Source of the DNA: an uncultured Elusimicrobiaceae bacterium
GTDB taxonomy: Bacteria; Elusimicrobiota; Elusimicrobia; Elusimicrobiales; UBA9959
Assembly (NCBI GenBank): GCA_964534135.1
Contig: CAZHQC010000001.1
Span: 1-52,403 of the forward strand
Direction: 5' to 3'
Length of the DNA stretch: 52,403 nt
The notes below the pieces were generated by a model. It saw only the letters and a program-made list of their open reading frames with translations. It made no database searches and was not told the origin of the DNA. Of this stretch, positions 7,780-15,874 are shown piece after piece (positions within the stretch are counted from its first letter, which is position 1; each line of letters begins with the position of its first letter). The position numbers were made by a program, and so were the translations under genes.

Positions 7780-8442
7780 GTGAAAAAAACGGATAATAAA
7801 TTCGCTTTTTTTCCAATGGTCATTTCCTCCCCCTCAGGGGGAGGAAAGTCCACTATTCGCGCAAAAATTTTTAAGAAAGATAAAAGATTTAAGTTCAGTG
7901 TAACCTGCACGACGAGAAAGAAAAGAAAAGGTGAAGTTGAAGGCAGAGATTATTATTTTGTTTCTGAAGAGAAATTTAAAAAACTTATTTCGGGTAAAAA
8001 ACTGTTTGAATGGGCAAAGGTTCATGGTAATCTTTATGGCACGCTTATAAAATCCGTTCAAGATATTTTAAAAGAAGATAAAATTCCGCTTATGACAATT
8101 GATGTCAAAGGCGCAAGAGCGGTTAAAAAACATTTTCCCGAAGCCGTAGCTGTTTTTATTTTATCACCGTCTCTTAAGACTTTAATTAAGAGACTTAAGC
8201 TAAGAAATGAAAGTAAAGAAAATATAGCCATAAGGCTTAAGACAGCTAAGAAGGAAATTAAAGAAGCTTTTTTTTATGAGTATTTTGTTGTAAACGGCAA
8301 GATTGAAAAAGCAGTCGAAGACATTATCAAAATAGTCGATTGTAAGTGCTTAAAAATGCAACGTAATAGAGATGCGATAAAAAAGTTTGAGAAAGAACTT
8401 TCAGTTTTTAAAATCACCCTACCACCCGCTTGTGAATCATAA
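7780..8442 (+). CDS. gmk: Guanylate kinase
   Basis: Has the P-loop VISSPSGGGKST, followed by TTRKKRKGEVEGRDYYFVS (compare the TTR..R.GE..G.DY.F motif). It has the classical gmk-rpoZ neighbourhood. The last 8 codons plus the stop are supplied by the palindromic repeat at 8416-8477. Confidence 0.9.
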   Translation: MKKTDNKFAFFPMVISSPSGGGKSTIRAKIFKKDKRFKFSVTCTTRKKRKGEVEGRDYYFVSEEKFKKLISGKKLFEWAKVHGNLYGTLIKSVQDILKEDKIPLMTIDVKGARAVKKHFPEAVAVFILSPSLKTLIKRLKLRNESKENIAIRLKTAKKEIKEAFFYEYFVVNGKIEKAVEDIIKIVDCKCLKMQRNRDAIKKFEKELSVFKITLPPACES

Positions 8443-8477
8443 GATTCGCCTTTCGGCGAATAAGCGGGTGGTAGGGT
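8416..8477. repeat. Palindromic intergenic element, family ACCCTACCACC...GGTGGTAGGGT (variant R1)
   Basis: Perfect 16-bp terminal inverted repeat ACCCTACCACCCGCTT / AAGCGGGTGGTAGGGT. It encloses an inner hairpin ATTCGCC-TTTC-GGCGAAT. Confidence 0.85.
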
Positions 8478-8504
8478 TAATTAACACACCATACGGAGGA
8501 TACA

Positions 8505-8825
8505 ATGAGTCCCAAAGCTAAGTCTAAAGGTAATGTGAGCATAGAAGAATTGATATGTGATTATAATGGTTCCAAGTATGAAGTTACCATGCTTGCCATG
8601 AAATGGGCAAGACATATTAAAAAACTTGAAGAATATAGAGATCAACCGATGGCGGATATAATAGAAGTTGCCATAAGAGATGTACTGAGCGCTAAAGTTA
8701 CTCCTGAAGAAGTTATGAAAGCTGTCAGTAAAGATGCGGCGGCTGAAGAAGCCTTCTTAAACAAAAGAGAAGAAGGTAAACCTCGAGTTAAAAAAGAAAA
8801 GGTAGAAAAAGAAGAAAAGAAATAA
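8505..8825 (+). CDS. rpoZ: DNA-directed RNA polymerase omega subunit-like protein with an acidic/basic tail
   Basis: Sits immediately downstream of gmk, which is conserved synteny. The segment SKYEVTMLAMKWARHIKK resembles the omega core (NRYELV..AAKRARQL). A GGAGG-type SD (ACGGAGGA) lies upstream. Confidence 0.65.
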   Translation: MSPKAKSKGNVSIEELICDYNGSKYEVTMLAMKWARHIKKLEEYRDQPMADIIEVAIRDVLSAKVTPEEVMKAVSKDAAAEEAFLNKREEGKPRVKKEKVEKEEKK

Positions 8826-8859
8826 ATTTTCTAATTTACTTTTTGATTTGGAGTATTTT

Positions 8860-9744
8860 GTGAAAGAAGAACTTTTGAAAATAACCGGTGACCTTAAGGT
8901 ATATTTACAGAACATCGATAAAACCCTTTGTTTAGATCAATGTTTAGATAAAAATGAAGTTGAAATTTTAGGCAAAGCAATAGCTTCTTCCTTAGCCAAA
9001 AAAGCTATGGTGGAGAAGTCCCTTCTTACTGCCTCGGACATTACACCCGAGCAAATAGTTAAAACTAAAGAGAGCTCTATGATAAAAGAAAAAGAGAAAT
9101 CCACATTAACTAAAAAAGCTATGGCGGACAAACCTGCTGATGCAATGAAAAGTATGTTCGCTGAGGTTCAAAAGTGCAAAAAATGCATGCTTGGCTTATC
9201 AAGATTAAATCCTGTTTTTGGTATGGGTAATGTTAATGCCGATGTTATATTTGTAGCGGAAGGGCCCGGATTTAATGAAGATCATACGGGAGAGCCTTTT
9301 GTAGGGCGTTCCGGACAACTTTTGGATAAAATATTCGCTTCAATAGATCTTTCCCGAGAAAGTGTTTATATAACCAATATTGTTAAATGTCATCCGATGA
9401 GAAATCCTGAAACTCCCGAAGCTCATGGAAATGATCGTCCTCCAACACCTGAAGAAATATCAATTTGTAGGCCTTACCTTGAAGAACAGATTAAGATTAT
9501 CAAACCCAAATGTATAGTAACTCTAGGTTCTGTCGCTTCCAAACTATTGCTTGGCGAAAAAAGAGGAATCTCTTTTTTAAGAGGCAAATGGTATGATGCT
9601 CCTTCAGATTTTTTTACTATCTCCAAAAACATTAAAATTCTGCCTATGTATCATCCCGCCGCTCTTCTTAGAAATTCTAATTTAAAGAGAGATACTTGGA
9701 ATGATATGAAAATGCTTAGGGATTTTTTGAAAAAGAAGAAGTAA
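8860..9744 (+). CDS. Family-4 uracil-DNA glycosylase with an N-terminal extension of ~105 aa
   Basis: Contains CKKCMLGLSRLNPVFGMGNVNADVIFVAEGPGFNEDHTGEPFVGRSGQLL, the typical family-4 UDG core, and later HPAALLR. GGAG lies 6 nt upstream of GTG 8860, whereas the track start 8848 is a TTG overlapping that SD. Confidence 0.85.
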   Translation: MKEELLKITGDLKVYLQNIDKTLCLDQCLDKNEVEILGKAIASSLAKKAMVEKSLLTASDITPEQIVKTKESSMIKEKEKSTLTKKAMADKPADAMKSMFAEVQKCKKCMLGLSRLNPVFGMGNVNADVIFVAEGPGFNEDHTGEPFVGRSGQLLDKIFASIDLSRESVYITNIVKCHPMRNPETPEAHGNDRPPTPEEISICRPYLEEQIKIIKPKCIVTLGSVASKLLLGEKRGISFLRGKWYDAPSDFFTISKNIKILPMYHPAALLRNSNLKRDTWNDMKMLRDFLKKKK

Positions 9745-9765
9745 GCCTGAGGTATTAATTTTTAT

Positions 9766-11859
9766 ATGATAGCCGAGATTGTTTTTCCCGTTCCCCTTTT
9801 TAAAACTTTTTATTACACTATTCCTTCTTATATAAAAGAAGAAAATGTCTTATGCGGCCTAAGAGCACGCGCGCCATTCGGCTTCCGATTTGCCGTGGGT
9901 TTAATCGTGGCTCTTCATAAGGACGGAGATGTGGATTTAAGCGGTTTTAATAAACTGAAGGCCATTACTTCCCTACTTGATGAAAAGCCTCTGTTTGGCG
10001 ATGATTTTGTAAATTTAATCTTATGGCTTGCCAAAAAATGTAATGCCCCCTTGGGTTTGATTTTTTCCTCATTTTATATTCCTGTTAAAAATTTAAAAGA
10101 AAGTGAAATTTTTGAACCGGAAACAAATGTTTTAGCTGAGTCGGAAAAAAAAGAAGAGTCTAATGAAATTTTAATTCAAAAGAAAAATAAGAAGAAAGAT
10201 TTCTCCGCCCGAAAAAAAGATATGGAGGATAAGCCCGATGAAAATATTAAAAGGATTCTTTATCCTTCTCAAAAAGCGGCAATAGAAAAAATAAATTCTT
10301 ATATTGCGGGCAATCAAAATAAAACAATGCTTTTGTATGGACCGCCCAAAAGCGGTAAGACTGAAATATATGCGCGCGCAATAGAGACGGTTATTAAAAG
10401 TGAAGGACAAGTATTATATCTTGTTCCCGATATACATTTGATTAATCCTGTTTTAAAGGAATTGGAAAAAAAATTTCCCAATGAGAGAATAGATTTATGG
10501 CATAGTAAGATTACGCAAAAAAAAAGGCTTATTTCATGGAAGAGAATTATAACCGGGCGAGCAAATATAATTATCGGAACCCGTTCAGCTGTTTTTCTGC
10601 CATTTAAATCCTTATCCCTTATTATCATGGATGAGGAACAAGACGATATGTATACGCAGGAGGAAGTGGAACCTCATTTTCATGCCAGAGATATTATTTT
10701 AAAACGCGCTCAATTTTATAAAAGTTGCGCGATACTTGGCAGTAGTTGTCCTTCCATAGAATCATTTAATTCGGCTTTGTCCGGAGATATGGAACTGATT
10801 GAATTAAAGCCTGAAATCAAAGCATCCTTAAAACCGCATATTGAAATTATCGATTCCAAGATGTATCCCGCTAAAATAATATCCGATCCCTTGCTTGATA
10901 AAATAAAAAAAAGGTTTGATAATAAAGAACAGGTTTTATTGATTATTAACAGAAAAGGGTATTCTTATTCCGTAAATTGCGCTAAATGCGGCTGGAAAAA
11001 ATATTGCCCTAAATGTGGCTCTCCCATGACGGTAAGGAAAGACGCAAAAACCGGAGAAAAAATATTCTTTTGTTGGAGGTGTTCCACGAAGGCGCAAATT
11101 CCGGATAAATGTCCTAAGTGCTTTAAGAATATTTTTCGTCAGAAAGGTGTTGGCACTCAAAAGCTTGAAGATGAAATGATTGCACTTTTTCCGGAAGCTA
11201 AAATTGTAAGAATAGACGGCTCAACCACCATAAAAAAATCTATCGCAAATAAAAAAGAAATGCCCGATATCATCATTGGGACCCGCATAGCTGCGCGTGG
11301 TCATAAATTTCCCAAAATGGCGCTTGTAGCTGTATTAAATCCTGAAATTGACGCGTCTCCTTCGGATTTTAGATCATCTGAAAAATTATTTCAGATGCTA
11401 CTTGAAGCTTCGGGTAGAATTTCTGCAAATGTCTTCAACGGTGATTTTATAATTCAAACCAATGATCCTGAACATTATGTTTTTCCCGCTTTTATTAACT
11501 CCGATTATAGGAGTTTTGTAGATGAAGAAATAAAAATGAGAAAGAAGTTTTCTTACCCCCCTTTTGCCTCTATGGCAAGAGTGCTTATTTATGGAAACAC
11601 TTCAAAAGAAATTGAAAAAAAACTTGAGTTTATTATTGAGGCGCTTGAAAGTGATGATGAATATAAACCTAAGGATATTGAACTCTTGGGGCCTTTAGGC
11701 GTATCTAAATCCAAAATCCGCAAAGTTATCAGCGGGTATCTTATAATCAGGGCAAAAAAAGAAGAAGATGTCTTATTTGCTGCCAATAAGATAAGAGCAT
11801 TGAAAACTCCTAAAACTTTTAAGCTTAAGATATTCGTGAGTCCTTATAACTTTAGGTAG
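9766..11859 (+). CDS. priA: Primosomal protein N' (replication restart helicase PriA)
   Basis: Has Walker A LLYGPPKSGKTE, a DEEQD box, and a Cys-rich zinc-binding insertion (CAKCGWKKYCPKCGSPM...CWRCS...CPKC). Confidence 0.9.
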   Translation: MIAEIVFPVPLFKTFYYTIPSYIKEENVLCGLRARAPFGFRFAVGLIVALHKDGDVDLSGFNKLKAITSLLDEKPLFGDDFVNLILWLAKKCNAPLGLIFSSFYIPVKNLKESEIFEPETNVLAESEKKEESNEILIQKKNKKKDFSARKKDMEDKPDENIKRILYPSQKAAIEKINSYIAGNQNKTMLLYGPPKSGKTEIYARAIETVIKSEGQVLYLVPDIHLINPVLKELEKKFPNERIDLWHSKITQKKRLISWKRIITGRANIIIGTRSAVFLPFKSLSLIIMDEEQDDMYTQEEVEPHFHARDIILKRAQFYKSCAILGSSCPSIESFNSALSGDMELIELKPEIKASLKPHIEIIDSKMYPAKIISDPLLDKIKKRFDNKEQVLLIINRKGYSYSVNCAKCGWKKYCPKCGSPMTVRKDAKTGEKIFFCWRCSTKAQIPDKCPKCFKNIFRQKGVGTQKLEDEMIALFPEAKIVRIDGSTTIKKSIANKKEMPDIIIGTRIAARGHKFPKMALVAVLNPEIDASPSDFRSSEKLFQMLLEASGRISANVFNGDFIIQTNDPEHYVFPAFINSDYRSFVDEEIKMRKKFSYPPFASMARVLIYGNTSKEIEKKLEFIIEALESDDEYKPKDIELLGPLGVSKSKIRKVISGYLIIRAKKEEDVLFAANKIRALKTPKTFKLKIFVSPYNFR

Positions 11860-11893
11860 TTATAAAATCCTAAAAAATATAAAATATATTAAT

Positions 11894-13051
11894 ATGAATA
11901 TCGAGAAAGACATGCTGCAAATAAAGAAAAATACGGTTGAGATGATAGGAGAAGCTGAGCTTAAGGAAAAACTTTCTTCAGGCGCAAAGCTTAGGGTTAA
12001 ACTTGGTGTTGATCCTACCAGCTGTGATCTTCATTTGGGCCATAGTGTGGTTTTGGAAAAATTACGTCAGTTTCAGGATATGGGACATACCGCAGTTTTG
12101 ATTATTGGCGATTTTACCGCTCAGGTGGGCGATCCCTCAGGGTGTGATTCAACAAGACCTGTTCTAACCGATGATATTGTTAAGAAAAATGCAGAAACCT
12201 ATACGGAGCAAGCTTTTAAGGTATTGGATAAATCTCTTACTGAAATAAGATATAACAGCGAATGGCTAAAGGGTTTTATGTCAGGCCCGGAGTTTATCAA
12301 TGTTTCTAAAAATATGACAATATCCCGCCTTCTTGAGCGGGAAGATTTTAAAACCCGTTTAGACGCTCAAAGTCCGGTAAGTCTTCTTGAGATTCTCTAT
12401 CCTATTTTTCAGGGTTATGATTCCGTAGCTGTTAAAGCGGATATTGAACTTGGCGGGAGTGATCAAATTTTTAATTTGCTTGTTGGACGGGCAGTTCAAA
12501 AAATATATTCTCAAAGTCCTCAAACGGTTATGACAATGCCCCTCCTCGTAGGAACGGACGGAGTTAAAAAGATGTCAAAATCTTATGGTAATTATATCGG
12601 CCTTGCGGATTCTACCGGAGATATTTTTGGCAAAGTTATGTCAATTTCAGATGATTTGATGTATGACTATTATAAAATTTTAACTAATGAAGCCATTGAT
12701 CAAATTAAAGCCATGCATCCTATGAAGGCAAAGAAAAAATTGGCTTCGATGATGGTGGAAAAATACCATGGTAAAAATGCGGCTGAGAGCGCTATAGAAA
12801 ATTTTGAGAAAGTTTTCTCTAAAAAAGAAATACCGGAAGAAATGCCGGAATTTACTGTTTCAGGAGCGGAAAAAATAGTAAATATTATTGTCGCCTCGGG
12901 TATATGCAAAGGAAAAAATGAGGCAAGACGCCTTATAAGCCAAGGCGCCGTGAAAATTGATAATGTAAAGATAAAGGAAGATTTTGTTTTTGAGCCGAAA
13001 GATTGCGTTTTACAGGTTGGAAGGCGTCATTTTAGGAAGTTGCAAGTCTAG
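11894..13051 (+). CDS. tyrS: Tyrosine--tRNA ligase
   Basis: Class I signatures are HLGH (DLHLGHSV) and KMSKS (KKMSKSYGN). Also has GDFTAQVGDPSG and a C-terminal S4-like domain. Confidence 0.9.
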   Translation: MNIEKDMLQIKKNTVEMIGEAELKEKLSSGAKLRVKLGVDPTSCDLHLGHSVVLEKLRQFQDMGHTAVLIIGDFTAQVGDPSGCDSTRPVLTDDIVKKNAETYTEQAFKVLDKSLTEIRYNSEWLKGFMSGPEFINVSKNMTISRLLEREDFKTRLDAQSPVSLLEILYPIFQGYDSVAVKADIELGGSDQIFNLLVGRAVQKIYSQSPQTVMTMPLLVGTDGVKKMSKSYGNYIGLADSTGDIFGKVMSISDDLMYDYYKILTNEAIDQIKAMHPMKAKKKLASMMVEKYHGKNAAESAIENFEKVFSKKEIPEEMPEFTVSGAEKIVNIIVASGICKGKNEARRLISQGAVKIDNVKIKEDFVFEPKDCVLQVGRRHFRKLQV

Positions 13052-13064
13052 GGGGATTATAATT

Positions 13065-13955
13065 ATGAGGATATTGTTTTATATAAGTATTTTAGTTTTA
13101 TTTATGCAGGGTAATGTTTTTGCTCAGCTTGATAGAAATTATGAAGATGTGATAAATAAGAGTCTTAAATCTCAAAAATATCAGTATAAAACTGAAGATA
13201 ATTGGGATGTGAGGGTAAATTCGGTTTATAAAAAAGCTTATGTGAAATCCGCTGAATCGGAATCTTGGTCTAAAATAGAAAAAGGCTTACCTTTAGAATT
13301 TAATGATGTCATTAAGACGGATCCCGGCGCCAATGTTGTTTTGAGTTTGGATAATAAAGGAATTGTAAGGATAGAAGGGAATGCTGAAGTTGAATTATCT
13401 TCTATCGAAAAGACCGATTCCGTTTTCAATATTTTAAAGGGTAGTTTAGTTGCCAAAATTAATCACTTTTTGGATAAGAGTTTCAAATTTAGAGTTAAAA
13501 CTCCCACAGCAGTTTGCGCCATAAGAGGAACAGAATTTGCCGTTGAATATTCTTCTTTTAATGATGAGACGGGCGTGGCGGTATTTGATGAAGGAAAAGT
13601 AGGGGTTACCCCCACTCATACAAATGTGGAGAAATATGGAGCCTATGAAACGATAGTTGGGACAAATACCGAACTTTTTCTTGGTCCTAAAATTAGAAAA
13701 ATGAAAAAGGCTAAGCTCCGCAGAATGGCTTTTCATAAATCAAAGCTTTTGAAGGTCAGGAAAAAGATTAAGGATTTGAGAAAGAAATGGAAACCTTTGA
13801 GCGAAAGAAGAAAGAGTAAGTTAAGGAAAAAGATTTTAAAACGAAATCTCATCCGTAAAGGATTGAAAAAAAAGATTAAAGAAAAAAAATTAAAAAAGAA
13901 ATTAGATATTACTAGAACTAAAAAAAAGAAACGTAAACATGACTTTGGCTGGTAA
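13065..13955 (+). CDS. Secreted FecR-domain-like protein with an ~85-aa polybasic C-terminal tail
   Basis: ATG 13065 gives the signal-peptide-like N-terminus MRILFYISILVLFMQGNVFAQ. KTPTAVCAIRGTEFAV resembles the FecR-domain core. The tail is K/R-rich from about residue 210 onward. The track start 12984 overlaps tyrS and is probably too early. Confidence 0.7.
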   Translation: MRILFYISILVLFMQGNVFAQLDRNYEDVINKSLKSQKYQYKTEDNWDVRVNSVYKKAYVKSAESESWSKIEKGLPLEFNDVIKTDPGANVVLSLDNKGIVRIEGNAEVELSSIEKTDSVFNILKGSLVAKINHFLDKSFKFRVKTPTAVCAIRGTEFAVEYSSFNDETGVAVFDEGKVGVTPTHTNVEKYGAYETIVGTNTELFLGPKIRKMKKAKLRRMAFHKSKLLKVRKKIKDLRKKWKPLSERRKSKLRKKILKRNLIRKGLKKKIKEKKLKKKLDITRTKKKKRKHDFGW

Positions 13956-14514
13956 GAGACTGTTTATAGCCACAAAGTTAAGTCGCGATTTTTTAAATGA
14001 ATTAACAAACGCGGTAAAATATTTAAAGAAAGAGCTTGATTGTGAGGTAAATTGGGTAAAACCTGAAAACTGCCATATTACATATGCTTTTCTTGGAGAT
14101 GTTTTGCCTGATAAGGGCAAGGTTATTATTGAAAAGATTAAGGCGGTTAAAGTTAATAAATTTTCCATATCCGCTGGTAATTTAAATTCTTTTCCCCTTA
14201 AGGGTAGTCCCGGAATTATTTGGCTTGGGATAAATAGAGGAGCTGACAATATTCAGGAAATTGCGGAAAATTTAAGAGCTGATGCTCTAAGTGAAGGGTT
14301 TGCTTTTAAAGATAAATTTTATTCGCATATAACTTTGGGACGGGTTCGTCGGGAAAAAATGTGCGGTAAAAGTTTTAAGAATGTGTTTGCTCAAGCCACA
14401 AAATTAATTGATAGAAGTTTAAGTTTTGATGTAGTTAATATAGAATTATTTGAAAGTATTTTAAACGCCCAAGGATCGGTTTATAGGTCCTTATACAAAA
14501 GGGAATTGATATAA
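13939..14514 (+). CDS. thpR: RNA 2',3'-cyclic phosphodiesterase / 2'-5' RNA ligase family (2H phosphoesterase)
   Basis: Two HxT/S motifs sit at the expected spacing (CHITYAFLG and SHITLGRV). The size of 191 aa fits the family. Confidence 0.8.
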   Translation: MTLAGKRLFIATKLSRDFLNELTNAVKYLKKELDCEVNWVKPENCHITYAFLGDVLPDKGKVIIEKIKAVKVNKFSISAGNLNSFPLKGSPGIIWLGINRGADNIQEIAENLRADALSEGFAFKDKFYSHITLGRVRREKMCGKSFKNVFAQATKLIDRSLSFDVVNIELFESILNAQGSVYRSLYKRELI

Positions 14515-14522
14515 ATAGACCT

Positions 14523-15470
14523 ATGGTTAAAAAATTTTTATTCATCACTATCGGCATTCTTTTTTTTCTTGGTATTTATTTCTTTTGGCAAGGAGAGACG
14601 GTAAGTCTTAAAATAAAAAAAGGAAGTTCCGCCGGTCAAGTTGCTCATGTGCTGAAGAAAAAAGGTGTTATTATCAGTTCCTTTTGGTTCAAAGCTTTAG
14701 TGAAATTAAGTAGTACCGGTAAAAAAATAATGCCGGGAGAGTATGAATTTAAAAAACATACATCAGCTGAAGAAGTTTTATGGATTTTAATAACTACAAA
14801 ACATATTGAGGATGTCAAAATTATAATTCCCGAAGGTTGGCGTATGGAGCAAATAGCCGAGAGATTATATAAACGTGGGATTATTGAAGATAAAAGTGAA
14901 TTTATTAGTATTGTTAAAAGAGAAAATTTGGAAGGTTATTTATTTCCATCAACTTATTTTTTAAAGAAGAAGAGTAAAGCGAGCCATATCGTCAATATGC
15001 TAAAATCAGAGTTTGATAAGAATATCCGGCCCTTATTTAAAGATGGCTTTCCTAAAGGTTTGGATGAAAGAAAAGTTTTAGTTATAGCATCGATAGTTGA
15101 GAGAGAAGCCGTTGTCTCGTCTGAGAGGCCATTGATTGCGGCGGTTTATCTTAATAGGATAAAGAAAAGAATGCGCCTTGAGGCAGATCCGACGGTGCAA
15201 TATGCACTGGGATATTGGAAGAAGGGGCTTACTTATAAGGATTTAAGGACTAAATCTCCGTATAATACTTATGTTTCACGAGGTATTCCTCCCGGGCCAA
15301 TATGTAATTCAGGTTATGAGTCTGTTCATGCGGTATTTCATCCCGCAAGAATTAATGCGCTCTATTTTGTTGCTGAGCGGAAAGATGGAAAGCATGTTTT
15401 TAATATCAATTTTAAGGAGCATCTTAAGGCAATCAAACGGATTAAAGCAGTAGCAAGAGAAAAGAAGTAA
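14523..15470 (+). CDS. mltG: Endolytic murein transglycosylase MltG (YceG-like)
   Basis: Has an N-terminal TM helix, then a YceG-like core (IPEGWRMEQIAERL, ASIVEREAV, RLEADPTVQYAL, SPYNTYVSRGIPPGPICNSG). Confidence 0.9.
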   Translation: MVKKFLFITIGILFFLGIYFFWQGETVSLKIKKGSSAGQVAHVLKKKGVIISSFWFKALVKLSSTGKKIMPGEYEFKKHTSAEEVLWILITTKHIEDVKIIIPEGWRMEQIAERLYKRGIIEDKSEFISIVKRENLEGYLFPSTYFLKKKSKASHIVNMLKSEFDKNIRPLFKDGFPKGLDERKVLVIASIVEREAVVSSERPLIAAVYLNRIKKRMRLEADPTVQYALGYWKKGLTYKDLRTKSPYNTYVSRGIPPGPICNSGYESVHAVFHPARINALYFVAERKDGKHVFNINFKEHLKAIKRIKAVAREKK

Positions 15471-15513
15471 AATATAGTATTGTTTTTTAAGATTCTATTT
15501 TAAATTAAACGAT

Positions 15514-15589
15514 GGGCCTGTAGCTCAGCTGGGAGAGCGCCTCGTTCGCAACGAGGAGGTCAGGGGTTCAATCCCCCTCAGGTCCACCA
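15514..15589 (+). tRNA. tRNA-Ala (anticodon CGC), CCA encoded
   Basis: Hand-folded cloverleaf:
- acceptor stem GGGCCTG/CAGGTCC with a G3:U70 pair
- D arm GCTC-AGCTGGGA-GAGC
- anticodon arm CCTCG-TTCGCAA-CGAGG
- T arm AGGGG-TTCAATC-CCCCT
- 3' ACCA. Confidence 0.95.
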
Positions 15590-15631
15590 GTTTAGTTCTT
15601 TGAATGAATATGATGTAGTAGAGAGGAAGAT

Positions 15632-15819
15632 GGGCGAAGTTATATTGATGAGCCCCTGACTACCCAAGACCACTCCCGCATTGGTGCGGGAAGCGACACT
15701 TTGTTCAATGCGGGAGAGTATTTAGGCGAACGCTTTTTGTAGTGAGCTTGCTCACGCGTTCGACCTGGGGTTCCCGCCATAATACTTTGGCGGACAGGCA
15801 ATCCCCCTCAGGTCCACCA
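15632..15819 (+). ncRNA. Chimeric tRNA-Ala-derived element (tRNA-like RNA, pseudogene or att remnant)
   Basis: Starts with the same GGGC (and the same upstream GAT) as the tRNA. It ends with the identical last 20 nt AATCCCCCTCAGGTCCACCA plus a similar ~45-nt trailer. The interior is G+C-rich with several strong hairpins. See findings. Confidence 0.45.
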
Positions 15820-15874
15820 AGATTTAGTTCTTTGATTAATGAAGTGATGTTTAGAGAGAAAACAGGAGATTTAC

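Noticed and set aside
7841-7852. GAGGAAAGTCC, identical to the RNase P RNA P4 signature.
   Set aside because: It lies inside gmk and simply encodes the P-loop residues GGKS(T). None of the other RNase P RNA conserved blocks is nearby.
15646-15653. TTGATGAG inside the chimeric element as a hammerhead ribozyme core (CUGAUGA).
   Set aside because: The essential first C is a U, and no matching GAAA/stem III arrangement was found.
15632-15819. The chimeric tRNA-like element as the genome's tmRNA (ssrA).
   Set aside because: It is far shorter than typical tmRNAs. Only 4 acceptor base pairs can form with the proposed 5' end. There is no standard T arm, and no convincing resume codon or tag ORF ending in a hydrophobic ...AA-type tail. 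The only frame, ANAFCSELAHAFDLGFPP, is atypical.
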